In this document: one piece after another, positions 1 to 11,869 of the stretch
Numbering within the stretch: position 1 is the stretch's first letter
How the letters are laid out: each line of letters opens with the position of its first letter
Source of the DNA: an uncultured virus (IMG/VR IMGVR_UViG_3300011691_000001)
Lineage: Duplodnaviria > Heunggongvirae > Uroviricota > Caudoviricetes
Strand: one strand, 5' to 3'
IMG/VR virus record: IMGVR_UViG_3300011691_000001
Length of the DNA stretch: 64,000 nt
Notes under the pieces: model-generated
The model's database searches: none
What the model was told of the DNA's origin: nothing
The model's input: the letters and a program-made list of their open reading frames with translations, nothing else
Made by a program: the position numbers and the translations under genes

Positions 1-2101
1 GGGTAAGCGGATGATATCCGTCCACATTATCAGTTCTTCCTTCTTGCCATGTTTGCAGCATTCCATCTTCATCTAAAATAACTTGATTACCAGTCTTATC
101 GAATAACTGCAACCCGTATTTTCCTTTTGAATATTCGCCTAATTTAACTCGTGGTTTTTCGTTCAAATCTTGAATAGTTAATAAATTACCGTTGATTGTG
201 AATGTACCATTACTATCTCCAATAATTAATTTTTCACCAAGAAGAAGCTTACCAATTATGCGTTCCCCAATTATACCCTCAGGTGTTATCGCATGTTTAA
301 ACGTATTACCGCCATCATTAGATAGACCCACAACCCCGTGCTGCATTACCAATAATCGTTTTGGGTCATTAGGGTCTGTAATAACAATGCCTTTTCTAGA
401 AATATCTACACTTTCATTTACTCCTGCTTTTATTTCTCTATCTATTGCCGACCATGTGTCATTAAGGATTTGACCAATCTCATTTGTATTTTTAGTCGTC
501 TCATCCCACTTAAACTTAGACATATCAAGCGTAGTAGAACTAGAAACTGTTTTATTAAATAACTCTTTCAAAGTCATAAATCCGTTATTTATATCATGAG
601 CGTTGGCAATTTCAATACTTAAATTGTTAGAGTCTTCGGCATGTTTAATTGAAATAATTTTTGCTAAAATATCTATACCAAAATTCGGATACTTAATTGT
701 AACTAAATCACCTAATACAAGTTTATTCCAATCACGTTGACAACTTACAACATTTAAAAAATCAACAATATCTACAGAGTAGGAGATGCGAGGTTGTTTT
801 ACTTTTAGTAATTCTTTTTTGCCTTCTTCATATAAATCATCAACTTCAAAAATACTTGTATTTGACCACACTAATTCATTTGCAAATTTTTCACGTTCAA
901 TAATTTGCTCAAGAGTAAAGTTGTTTTCAATTGCAATTGTATTTTTTAAAACAATTATTTCATTATCAATACTTAGTAGTGAATCTTTAACAACATCAAT
1001 TTCAGCATTTTTACTAGCAATTTCAGCTAACTTATTTATTTTATTAGTAATTAAATCATCTGTTGGATTCATAGTAGCATTAGCAACTGCTAATTCATCT
1101 TCAATAGTATGTAACTGAGTTTGTAACACAAATAATTCATTTTGCTTTGTTTGTAGATTTTCTTGAATAGGCTTTTTACTTTCAAGCATATCAGTAAATT
1201 CGCCTTGCTTACTGTCTACTAGGGTATTGTAATCAAGAATTGCATGACATAGTGAATCAGTCATATAGTTTGAGTGTGTTATTATTTCTCGGGTAATATC
1301 ATCACGTTTGAAAGGATACATATAGAAATCAAATGACTCTATAAACGGAACACCAGTAGGATTTACACTTGCAATAGAAATTCCTTCATTTCCATATACA
1401 TATAGTCTTGTAACTACTGAATCAAAATCAGGATTCTCTTCTAATGATTTTAAGTACTTTCCATGTTCGATAGATAATCCTTTATTTGTACCAATGTCTT
1501 CATTCTTGTGGAAGTTAATTTTCTTATTAATTGTATCCCAAATGATTACTGCATCATATAAATCAGATAAATCACCAATAAACTCAACTAAACCCTGTTC
1601 ACTAACATCAAATGTTCGATGTTTTTGAGCAATATCTACATCAATATAACCAACAGACCAATCAGACTTAGCTAGTAATGTTTCGTTTAAAACACCTTCT
1701 GACCCAACATCAGAATATAAAGGTTTAGTTCCACTGAATTCACGGATAATTTTTTTATTTAGCTCATAGGGAAGTAGGTAACATTGTACGTTTTTAACTT
1801 CTACACCATTATTTGTAGAGTTCTTAGGATTAGTGATGATAAAGTATTCTTTTTCATTTCCACGCTCATATCGAATTAAATAGTGTCCACGAATTAAATC
1901 GACATTTTTATTTCTCACATACTTATGATTACGATTTACCAAGTAGGGGATGTCAAAACTTAATTCATGAATTCCGTTGTAGTTAGTTGATAAGTTCTTA
2001 TTATACGCTTCTGTTAATTCTGCAATCGTTGTTCTATCTGGTTTACATAAATATAATCTAGATTTCTCAGGCTTTTTATACCTATCAATTATTCCTAACA
2101 G
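1..2101 (-). CDS. Tail spike/tail endopeptidase-family protein (YomG-like), 3' end beyond window; probable CTG start
   Basis: Not in ORF track; both ends translate in the same frame (start LGIIDRYKKPEKSRLYLCKPDRTTIAEL, edge LQTWQEGRTDNVDGYHPLT); RBS GGAGGTG 6 nt before CTG; directly downstream of Dit. Confidence 0.8.
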   Translation of the reverse strand, partial: MLGIIDRYKKPEKSRLYLCKPDRTTIAELTEAYNKNLSTNYNGIHELSFDIPYLVNRNHKYVRNKNVDLIRGHYLIRYERGNEKEYFIITNPKNSTNNGVEVKNVQCYLLPYELNKKIIREFSGTKPLYSDVGSEGVLNETLLAKSDWSVGYIDVDIAQKHRTFDVSEQGLVEFIGDLSDLYDAVIIWDTINKKINFHKNEDIGTNKGLSIEHGKYLKSLEENPDFDSVVTRLYVYGNEGISIASVNPTGVPFIESFDFYMYPFKRDDITREIITHSNYMTDSLCHAILDYNTLVDSKQGEFTDMLESKKPIQENLQTKQNELFVLQTQLHTIEDELAVANATMNPTDDLITNKINKLAEIASKNAEIDVVKDSLLSIDNEIIVLKNTIAIENNFTLEQIIEREKFANELVWSNTSIFEVDDLYEEGKKELLKVKQPRISYSVDIVDFLNVVSCQRDWNKLVLGDLVTIKYPNFGIDILAKIISIKHAEDSNNLSIEIANAHDINNGFMTLKELFNKTVSSSTTLDMSKFKWDETTKNTNEIGQILNDTWSAIDREIKAGVNESVDISRKGIVITDPNDPKRLLVMQHGVVGLSNDGGNTFKHAITPEGIIGERIIGKLLLGEKLIIGDSNGTFTINGNLLTIQDLNEKPRVKLGEYSKGKYGLQLFDKTGNQVILDEDGMLQTWQEGRTDNVDGYHPLT

Positions 2102-2115
2102 AATAGACACCTCCT

Positions 2116-2883
2116 TTATCCTTTTAATTGGACTTGATATCTAAATAACAAACTACAAGCACCTGTCACTTCTAATCTATTGATTCCTCTTACTAACTCA
2201 AGGTAGTTGTTATTAAAATTATCATATCGATAGGTGAGGGTGATGTCAGATTCTATATCATGATGCTTATTATCTACATATATAGTTTCAGAATTTACTA
2301 TATTAATGAATTTGAAATCCTTACCACCATTAGATAGATTTTTAATTTGAAAATCACCATCATTCATGAGGTAAATCCACATTTCAGGATAAATAATATC
2401 GTCTCCAATGTTATTAAATTCAATAATTGTAGGAGCAGTAATATCAGTTAACTCATATCGTTTTTCTTGAATAGGAGAGTAGATGAAGGGGGAGTCATTC
2501 ATCATAGAAACTTCTACATATCCATCCATTACATCATTATGTGATAATTCAACTAATCCTTGATATTGTAGATAATAATATCTATCTGGTTCATCATCTG
2601 TATAAAACTCTTCAAAGCTATTAGTATCCAACCATCTTGCAATTTCTCTACGTTTTGCGTCTGTCCATCTCTCACCTTCAACACACGCTAGTGTAAGGGT
2701 ATATTCTAATGGTTCGTATTCCGAACCGTAAACATATGGCGTTGGATTACCTGCAATTTTTTCTGATATGATCTTCTTATTAGATAAATAATTAGATTTT
2801 GTCAAACCACTATTAAGGTTAACCATGCATACTCCCATTTCTGAAGAATGTCTACCATTATAATAAAAATCAATTGAACTCAA
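2116..2883 (-). CDS. Distal tail protein (Dit)
   Basis: F-YNG--S-EMGV N-terminus, C-terminal LELVRGINRLEV typical of siphophage Dit; between TMP and tail spike. Confidence 0.85.
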   Translation of the reverse strand: MSSIDFYYNGRHSSEMGVCMVNLNSGLTKSNYLSNKKIISEKIAGNPTPYVYGSEYEPLEYTLTLACVEGERWTDAKRREIARWLDTNSFEEFYTDDEPDRYYYLQYQGLVELSHNDVMDGYVEVSMMNDSPFIYSPIQEKRYELTDITAPTIIEFNNIGDDIIYPEMWIYLMNDGDFQIKNLSNGGKDFKFINIVNSETIYVDNKHHDIESDITLTYRYDNFNNNYLELVRGINRLEVTGACSLLFRYQVQLKG

Positions 2884-2937
2884 TTTATAATTGCACCTCC
2901 AAAATAAAAAGAGGGGAGACTAAGCTCCACCTCATTG

Positions 2938-5900
2938 TTATCGTAAGTTAAATCCATACGGTCTCATTTTATCGATTAATCTATTTGTTGCTTGGTCAAC
3001 CAGTCTGTCTATATCTAAATTAGCATTCTGAGATACATTTCCAATAGACAGTAAATTATCAATACGAAGAGTACCGCCTTGAGGACTATTTACTTTGAAA
3101 TCAGGTAATGCTGCACGAAGATTTGTAAACATATTTGATATATTATTCTCAGGAACATACAATTCACGTTTAAGCGCAAGAACCGTTTCCTCATTTGGCT
3201 TAGTATTGAATAGCTTATTAGTAAGCTCAGTCAATCTGTTACCTTTACCACCTACAATACCACCACTATGATATTTCTTAAGGTTCTTCAGTGAATCGTA
3301 TGAACCGTCTTTGAAGCCCCATTGACTACGTAATTTATCATTCTCATTAGCTAAACGTTTTTTCTCTGAAGCAGAAGCAGTTTCCCATGATTTCTTATTA
3401 GCTAAGTATTGTTGCCATGCATTATCCCTTGCGGAACTACTAGATGATGAATTGTTTGAGTTAGAATCAGATCCAATAATAGATCCGTCATTTAAGTCAA
3501 CATTTTGATTTGGAGTGGAGATATTACCTAATCCAGTTTGTGCTTGAGTAATTCTATAAATCTTATTCTCTAACTCTTGCCAACTAATACCTAGCTCATT
3601 AATTAAATCTTTATTCATACTTTTGAAGTTACCTAAGAAGCCAGTTAGCTTCTCATTCATTCCATCAACACTACCGTTTATTATTTGTGCACGTAAATTA
3701 GCATATTCTTGTTCATTGTTGATTAATTGATCATAGTGATTAACAATATCTTGCCGTTCTTTTTCTAATTGAGCTTTAGTTGCTTTAAACTTTTCTTCTT
3801 CAAGATTTTTCTTAGCTTCTAATTCCTTTTTGTATAGCTCTAATTGTTTATCTAATGCTTCTTTAGAAGTATTGTAATTATTATCTTCGGTTTCTTTCTT
3901 TGCATCTTGTTGTGATTTATAAGCATCCAATTCATCTTGAAGATTCTGCTCACGAAGTTCATATTGTCTATCATTTTGTTTATCAGCAATCTGTTCACGA
4001 ATATTAGCTAATTCTTCTTCAAGCTTTTTACGTTGTAATTTTGCCTCTCTAGAATCATCCATCGATAATTCATTAATTTTAGCAACAATACTAGCTTCTT
4101 CTTTCTGAAGCTTACCGATATCTTTATTGAAATCTTCTTCATCACGTTGCTTTCTCATTAGTTCAAGTTGACGACTAATAGCATCTTCGAATGCTTTAGA
4201 TTCTTCATCTAATTTGTCTAACTTGTCTTTATGAGCTTTATCCAAGGCATCCATTTGTTCTTTCATGGATTCTTCGTAAGCTTTACCTTCTTCATCAAGA
4301 GCTTTTAATCTAGCATCTCGTAATTCCTCTAAATCTTCAATTTGCTTATCTTTTAGAGCTATTTCGTAGTCACGTTGTTGACCATATGCATCTTTCATTG
4401 TGTTTATTAACTCATCAGCAATATCAGAATTAATTCGGATAATTTCAGATTGAGTATCAAGCCACGTTGATGACAATTCTTTAAGACGTTCTTTTTTTCG
4501 CTCAATCTCTTTTATTGATAGTTTTTCGAGCTGAATTGATCTACGTAAGGCTTCAGCTTCAGATTCGTATGCTTTTTGTTTTTCATATAACGCTGAAATG
4601 ATTTTCTTCTGCTCATCATTATATCCTTTTGTACCTTTAGCATACATATCCATCAGTTTATTTGATTTAGAGATAGAATCATTAAGACTTTCAACCTTTT
4701 TATCAAATTCCGCAATTTTACTATTTTCAATCTGTTCATCTACACTCTTAATACTTTCTTCAACATCCCACCAAGAAAGTGATAGTTCACTAAGTTGAGT
4801 TGTTAATTCATCTTTGAAAGCAGGGGAGAGGTCAGTACGTTTAAGTTGCTCACGAATGAAGTTTGCTTCTTTATGTAATAAAGATTGCTTGTATTTTAAG
4901 TGTTTAGTTTCCTTTTCTAATTCATCTCGATAAGCTTTAGAATGTTCAAGTTGTTGGTTAGCAAGGATATTAGATTTCTTAATGGAACGATCTACACCAT
5001 CAGACAAATGATTATAATAAGCAATATTAGATTTGACTAATTTCTCATTTAAATCTTTAATTATTTCTCTAGTATTTAATGCATCATTTTGTACTCCGTA
5101 AAAATTTGATCTAGCTTGATCAATAGCTTGTTGAGATATATCTACAGTTGAAGTACCACCATTTGACGTAGACGTTACTTGAACCTTACCAGAACGAACT
5201 TGATTTACGTACGCTGTTGGATCAATTAATTTACCATTAGCTGTATTTTGCTCATAGTGTACATGGGGTCCCGTTGAGTTTCCAGTACTCCCAACAGTAC
5301 CAATTTGAGTACCTGCCTGTACATAATCTCCAATTTTGGCAACCACTTTATCCATATGAGCCATTATATGTTTAACACCTGAATCATCTTGTACAACTAC
5401 TAAATTACCATATGACCAGTGCATACCATTAGCTTTGGCATCACCTGCTTTAATTACCTTACCTGATACTGGTGCATCAAGACGGCTACCAAGAGGGGAA
5501 GCGATGTCTACGCCTCGATGGAATTCTCCACCACGTTGACCATAGTTACTTGAAATTCGTCCATCAAAACCATTAACTTTAGCGTTAGAAGTAGAAGTAG
5601 TAGAGGATTTACTTGAAACATTACCAGTTTGCTGAATTTTACCTGATGCAATTTGAGATTGAATAGCTTTAGCTTGCTTTTCTTGTAAGGCTAATTTTTC
5701 TTTCTCAAGTTTGATTTGTGCCTCAAGATGTTTACGGTATTCATTGGAATGCTCAGGATACTTAGCTTGTAACTTTTGTTGTTTTTCAATCTCTAAATTT
5801 AAAGCTTCAATCGCTTGTTTATATTTATCAGTTATGTAAATTGAATCTTTAGTTGTTGAGTTTTTATCTTTTTGAGATTTATTTGAACCTTTAGTTGCTT

Positions 5901-8338
5901 TGTCAGAGCTTTCGATAGCCGAAGTGAATGACTCTATCTTACCAATATCATTATTCAGACTCCCCATTAATCCATCTAGTTCAGCTCTATAACCTGATAA
6001 TGCTTGTTCAGCAGCAATTTGTTGAGCAGTCATAGCAACGCCTGCTACTAATGATATTGCACCTGCTACTTTAGCTGCGATATTATTAGCTTTCGTATAT
6101 TTTTCAAGCATACGAATTTCAGTTTTCATATTCTCAATACGAGCAATAGTACCACTTGCTGAAGCTAAGGTTGCTTTTTGTTCAGCATCAAGTTTTCCAT
6201 CACGAGCAAGTTTATAAGCCTTCAAAAGAACCTCGTAAGCTTTACTTTCTTTTTCGATAGCTTTTCGTTTTTCCTCTGATAATGCAATTGCTTTTCCATC
6301 TTTACCAAATAAGTCAGGATATAAACTGGACATTTCCTTCATCACAGCAATTCGATCATCTAAAGTCTTTTTAACTTCACGCTCTTTAGATGTTAAATTC
6401 TCTTTAGTGTAAATGTCTTGTAATTGTTGTTCAGTATATCCTGCTAATTGATAAGTTAACATGTCGTATTGGAAGATTAATTCGTCTAAAGAATCGACAC
6501 CAGATTGAGATACTCCTGCTAAAGATTCGGTAACGTCTTTGAAGTCTTTCATTTTTGAGGCTAAATTCTCTGTTGCTTGAGCTGCTTTTTCGAAACCGTC
6601 AACCATCGAATCGGATGCTTCGCCTTCTTGGTAGATAGTACTAGAACCGTTTTTAACGGTGTTAATAAATTCTTTATATGATTGGTCAAAACTTTTTATT
6701 TTTGGATTGAAATTATCAGTTATGGAAGCTAAGTCATTGAGATTTTTTATTGCATCTTTATATAAAGCTTCGTCATTTATATCAATAGCTTTTTGTACAT
6801 CATCCATAATCTTGCTTAATTCAGAAGAAAAGGATTTTAGCTGAGTTTCATCTAAATTTGAAAAGTCTAGATCATAAAGGAATTCAGAAATAGTATTTAC
6901 AACTTTAGAATCAACATTAATAGTTGAAAATGCTTCAGCGATTGATAAAACACTTCCAACTATTTCTTGACTAGCAGTGGACATTTCCATTTGCAACATC
7001 TGGATTTGCGTACGAACCTTAGATATGAACTTAGTTTTATCCTCGACGTTGTATAAAGGACTACCACTATCTCTTTCTTTTTCTAGTTGAGTCAGTAAAG
7101 CATTTTTAGAATCAATGTCAGATTGTATTTTTTTATTACTCTTAAGATTATCTTTAAATAAATCCTCTGCATTTACTTTTAATTCTTCTTTTTTAAGTTT
7201 GATTAATTCCTCTGTAGCTTTTATTTCTTTCTGAATTGCTTCTTTACTTTTGATATGTGATTTACCAGTTGAATCAATATGTGAAATTAAAGCAGGAAAC
7301 AAAAAGGCAATGTCTTCTTGTACTTTTAAATACTCTTTTTCTTTATCAGAATTCCAACTATCACTATCTCTAGCTTCAGTAAGTGAGTTGTATTTTGAAA
7401 TTAAATCTTCTACTCGTTCTTTATTATCTGTTAAAGCTGAAATATTTTTATTAGCTGTTTGAGTAAATTCTTCTTGTTTTTGAATATTATCAGAAATTAC
7501 ATTTGTCAATTTTTCAATAGCGAATCCCAAACCGACAAAAACGAGACCAATACCTGTTGATGCTAATACGCTTTTCATCGTTACACCTAGTGCAGCAACA
7601 GACGCTCTCAAGGTAGTTATTCCAACAGTTAAACTTCTAGTAGCTACAGTAGTAGCAATCGCACTTCCAACTGCCGTACCCATGCCAATTGTCAGAGTCC
7701 TAAATCCTGTATTTAATAAAAATACAGCCGTATAAGCTGTACCAAATAGTGGGGGTAATAATCCAATTGTAGATACAACACTATTTCCTTTATCAGTCAT
7801 AGTTTCTAATGCTTTAGTAACAACCACTATTGAATCATAAACAATCGTATCTCCTATAGTTTTACTAAAACTCGTCCACGCTGTGTCAAGGCGATTCAGC
7901 CGTCCTTCTAATGACTGGTTATATTTTTCTTGCTCACGCATTGCTGAACCTTGTGAATTCAACGCAGTCTCATTTGCTGAAATCGCCATTGACCAGTTAT
8001 TCATTAATGCTGATAGTCTATTCTGTTGATAAGTTCCTGCAACATTGATTAACGTATTTTGCTGTTGTTCTTTACTTAGATTTTGCCACTTGTTACCTAA
8101 CTCATCAATGATTTCCGAAACGTCTCTCATTTCACCAGATGAATCTCTTACCGAAACTCCAACTTCTGCTAATGCATCTTGAGCTTTACTAAGTGTGCCT
8201 ATACGTGAGAAAATCGTTTTTAAACTATTACCAATAATATTACCAGATTCACGAGTTGCTGAGCCGATTGCAGTTGTATAACTGACCAATTGTTCTAAAC
8301 TAACACCATAAGTCTTACTAGACTGTGCAGCTTTATTT
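2938..8338 (-). CDS. Tape measure protein exon 2, with M23 peptidase domain
   Basis: TP901-type TMP core (IGNSLKTIFSRI, AGTYQQNRLSALM), long coiled coils, M23 motifs HRGVD and STGPHVHYE; frame open upstream to 8338 (NKAAQSSKTYGVSLEQL). Confidence 0.92.
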
Positions 8339-8607
8339 CCTATATATTCATATAAGCTCGCAAAACTTATACCGTTCTCTTATGAACTGCTGTATGTCGC
8401 CATACAGAGTAGACTATATCAAACTCTCTAAATGAGAGTCTTCCCGTTTCCATTATCATTGGCTTATAATGTACTCCATTACTGGATAGTCGTTCGGCTT
8501 TTACGAAACTATTCATTTCGATTTAGCACGGTATTGTCTCGGATTTGAGAGTTCCACCGTTTAGGGAAGTTTAGACGAAGAATCACTTCTACGAATGCCA
8601 TTAATTT
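8339..8607 (-). ncRNA. Group I self-splicing intron, ORF-less, 269 nt, in tape measure gene
   Basis: 5' exon ends in U, intron ends in G; P7 elements AACGACUA and GAUAUAGUCU; removal restores L-S-L-N-K-A-A frame. Confidence 0.9.
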
Positions 8608-9608
8608 AGCGATAAAGCTAAGTCTTTAGTTGTAATACTATAGTTGTTATCAACTTCATTTAAAGTATCAGCAATACGAATAGAATCTTCTTTAGTAATA
8701 TTAAAAGCCAATGTAGCTGCTGTTAAAGCGTCTACAGATTCTTTTGCATTTAAATCTGAGATATTCGTAAATATTTGAGCAGTATTTGCTAAGTCCATTG
8801 CTTCTGAGAGTGTATTATCCATACGAGCAAACTCATTTAGTATTTCTAAATATTCAGTAGTTAATCCTGATAACTCTCGCACATTCACCAAAGATTGTTC
8901 AATAGTTTGATTAAACTGATGTAAAGGAGCATCGGAAACCCTTTGGAGAGATATTAAAGCCGAGTCTAATTCCAACACTCGTTCAGTCAAATCTCTTATA
9001 CCTTGTAATGGCAAGAAAAAGGCACTAGAGGCGATCATCCAAATTGGGAATTTTGTGAATGCCTGACTGAATGCAGATCCGAGAGAATTTGTTGATCTAG
9101 CTGCTTGGTTAGCATTATTGCTGACATTATTTAATCCTTGTGAAGCATTTCCTACAGCTCGTTGTAAATTATTTAAATTATTTGCTGACTGACTTGAAGT
9201 AGCATTAAATGCTTGTAATTGAGATATAGAGTTTCCTATGGAAGTAGTTGAAAAACTGTTTAAATTGCTAGAACTACTTGAGCCAGATCCAACGGATTTC
9301 AATTTTCTATCTAGTTCTGTTAATTTTAATATTACTTTATCAATTTGACCCTCTAAGTCTTTCATGCCTTTAGAAGTATTACTTGATCCAATATTAACAT
9401 TTAACTCATTTTGTTTTTTGCTTATTAATTTAGCGACTTCATTTAATTCTTTTTCTAAATTACCTTTATTAATACCAAGAGATATGAGTAGGGGATTTCT
9501 GTCGTAATATTTCTTTAATGATTGTATGTATTGATTGACATTTTGTTGAGATGTACTGTTATTAACACCCAAAGCAATCAATAATTCTATAGGATTTTTA
9601 GTAGCCAT
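8608..9608 (-). CDS. Tape measure protein exon 1 (spliced product about 2133 aa)
   Basis: TMP core start (AFTKFPIWM...IADTLNEVDNNYSITTKDLALS) ends mid-domain at intron boundary. Confidence 0.9.
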
Positions 9609-9635
9609 TCACATCCTCCTTAAAATTTGTAAAAT

Positions 9636-9681
9636 AAAAAGAAGAAGGTAAGCGAAATAATCACTCAACTTCTTCTTTTTA
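9636..9681. terminator. Probable intrinsic terminator between PemK gene and TMP
   Basis: AAAAAGAAGAAG...CTTCTTCTTTTT inverted repeat with A/T tails. Confidence 0.55.
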
Positions 9682-9706
9682 TTTTTGTATTCAATAAAGT
9701 ATATAA

Positions 9707-10270
9707 TTATACTACTGGTAAATTATCATCTTCAATTACACCTAAAGATAAACATTGTAAAAGATTAGTTTCTAAAATTTCCATTCGTTCTGAAGAAACC
9801 TCTCCATACTTTTGTAGCAATAAGCTCTTATGTATACTTGCGATTTGACTCAAATCTACATATCTATCCAAATTATTTTTAGGAAGATAAGTAAAGATAG
9901 GATGTTCATCTTCTATTAATAATCTATACCAGTCTTTAACTTTTTCATTGGATTTTACAGTGTTAATGGGAGCAACTAGAATATATTCAAAGTCAGTATT
10001 TTTATTTATCTCATCTGATGATAAAATAACAACTTTTCTTGGTTTAATATTCATTACAACCATTTGTTCTTTGGCTTGATATTTTCCATCTATTTTTTGG
10101 GGCTTAAAATTTCCAACGGAACTTATTATTTTTCCGTTACTTGAGCCTTCTACATCTGGTATAAAAAATGAAAGAGGTCTTCTAGTATCTGAGGGGTAAA
10201 GAATAGCAGCCTCATACTCGTAACCTCTTTCAATATTTCCCCATGATGTCTTATTTAAGAAATCAGACAC
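9707..10270 (-). CDS. PemK/MazF-like toxin (endoribonuclease fold)
   Basis: KPRKVVILSSDEIN...ILVAPINT and DLSQIASIHKSLL...GEVS motifs of PemK family. Confidence 0.75.
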   Translation of the reverse strand: MSDFLNKTSWGNIERGYEYEAAILYPSDTRRPLSFFIPDVEGSSNGKIISSVGNFKPQKIDGKYQAKEQMVVMNIKPRKVVILSSDEINKNTDFEYILVAPINTVKSNEKVKDWYRLLIEDEHPIFTYLPKNNLDRYVDLSQIASIHKSLLLQKYGEVSSERMEILETNLLQCLSLGVIEDDNLPVV

Positions 10271-10275
10271 TTATT

Positions 10276-10431
10276 TCATCCTCCGTAAATATCTTGATAA
10301 GTTAAACCAGATATCCCTCTATTTGTCTTAGTACTTTCATTAGTTTCTTTCCAGTCTTCTTTGCTTAAATTTGCAAACTTATTCTTTTTAATAGTTGGCT
10401 TTTTCACAGGTTTTTGTTTAGTAGAAAGCAT
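10276..10431 (-). CDS. Small basic protein, putative antitoxin (likely start 10431, 51 aa)
   Basis: Ends 5 nt before the PemK gene; GGAGG RBS before MLSTK; sigmaA-like promoter TTGATA..TGcTATAAT about 10525-10555. Confidence 0.55.
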   Translation of the reverse strand: MLSTKQKPVKKPTIKKNKFANLSKEDWKETNESTKTNRGISGLTYQDIYGG

Positions 10432-10613
10432 ATCTTCTTCCTCCTTATCTTTCATTTCTATCACTCCTTACATTTATTAGTTACTAAATAATATATGGGA
10501 GTTTGATAGATTTTATTAAATAGAATTATAGCATATATTGCCATATTATCAAGAAAGTAAACTTTTTTATCGACAAGAGTTAATAGTAAGAGTAGGGGAG
10601 ATGTATATGAAAA

Positions 10614-11861
10614 CTATTCATCTATTTTTCCGTACTGTTTTTCGTAATCTTCGAGATACATCCACTTAAATCCACCTGCTGTCTTTCTTTTACCTTTACA
10701 GACGGCAATAATACTAGAGGAGTCTATTCCAGTATCAAAATGTGCTTTTCTAGCACTTTCAAAAACAACACCATCATCACTCCCAATCTTCACTATTTTT
10801 CTTCTTCTTGATTTACCTCCGTTTAATTTCGATTTATCAGGACAATAATCATTCCATCCATTATCTTTACCTTTCTTTAAATAGTGTGAAATTGTCCAGA
10901 CATGTAGTTTAACTATTCTTGCTAATTCTGATATATTCTTATTTCCATCTTTCCACATATTATTGATAGTGAATACTAAGCTTTTTTCTGAGTTTGATGA
11001 AATTTTATCCCAATCCACCAACTCTAAACATGGAAATAAGTTAGGCATACAACTATTCATAATTTCTTCTTTTATAAAACTAGAAAAAGATTTTCTACAA
11101 TCAATTACGATATAATAATCTATGCCATTTTCTTTTGCTAATTTTTCTTTTAATCTATCATTTTCTTGTTCTTCTTCTAATGTGCGTCCACCTAAATACT
11201 CAAATCCGTCATTATAATGTTGCTTTCCGTGACACTCTATTATAAATTTACTACCTTCATAATCTATTGAAAAATCATATCTTTTACCTAGCGACCACTC
11301 GAATGTTGATTCCCATTCAAAGTTTAGACCTAATTCTCTTAATAAAAAATACATAAATTTTTCAGGGTAGGATTTTCCATCTGAACAATTTGGACACGCA
11401 AGACCTTTTTTGTTTACAAGAGATATTTTTCTATTTTTTATAATGGTAAAACAGTCAGGACACTTCCAATCGACTGGATGTATACTACATTGCATGTATT
11501 TATAGCCATCTTCAGGTTTAGCAAGTAAAGAAGCTAGCTTATAATTAGTATCCCACATTGAATTGAATCCAACTTTTAATCTATGATTAGAACAGTATGG
11601 ACATCCTTGTTTACCCTTTCCTCTATCTGCTACTCTAGTATCCCATTTGTGTTTTTGGTTTTCACAGATCCAATGAACATATTTGCCATTACTAATTGTC
11701 ATCTTCCAAATATCTAAATCTAATTCATCGTTTTTCTCAAAATCCCACTCGCACCATAAATCTGGTCTAATCTTTAATAATGCATTATCTTTTAAACTTG
11801 TAACTCGTCCCATATCCAAAACTTCACCAGTTTGAATATTCACATATGTATTTTCACACAT
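10614..11861 (-). CDS. Free-standing putative homing endonuclease (zinc-ribbon repeats + Vsr/DUF559-like nuclease + NUMOD1-like C-terminus)
   Basis: EWD..KN..W.C..H.W..CPYC repeats; RYDF..IIECHGKQHY..NDRLK; VFESARKA..SSIIAVCKGKRKTAGGFKWMY. Confidence 0.75.
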   Translation of the reverse strand: MCENTYVNIQTGEVLDMGRVTSLKDNALLKIRPDLWCEWDFEKNDELDLDIWKMTISNGKYVHWICENQKHKWDTRVADRGKGKQGCPYCSNHRLKVGFNSMWDTNYKLASLLAKPEDGYKYMQCSIHPVDWKCPDCFTIIKNRKISLVNKKGLACPNCSDGKSYPEKFMYFLLRELGLNFEWESTFEWSLGKRYDFSIDYEGSKFIIECHGKQHYNDGFEYLGGRTLEEEQENDRLKEKLAKENGIDYYIVIDCRKSFSSFIKEEIMNSCMPNLFPCLELVDWDKISSNSEKSLVFTINNMWKDGNKNISELARIVKLHVWTISHYLKKGKDNGWNDYCPDKSKLNGGKSRRRKIVKIGSDDGVVFESARKAHFDTGIDSSSIIAVCKGKRKTAGGFKWMYLEDYEKQYGKIDE

Positions 11862-11869
11862 AATTAAAT

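Noticed and set aside
192..7462. Short + strand ORFs (192, 786, 4598, 6659, 7250) and similar shadow ORFs across the late cluster
   Set aside because: Antisense to long conserved phage genes, no RBS, S/L/F/I-rich shadow composition
8290..8607. TMP split as pseudogene, frameshift or intein
   Set aside because: Insert has stops and group I intron hallmarks; precise excision restores the frame
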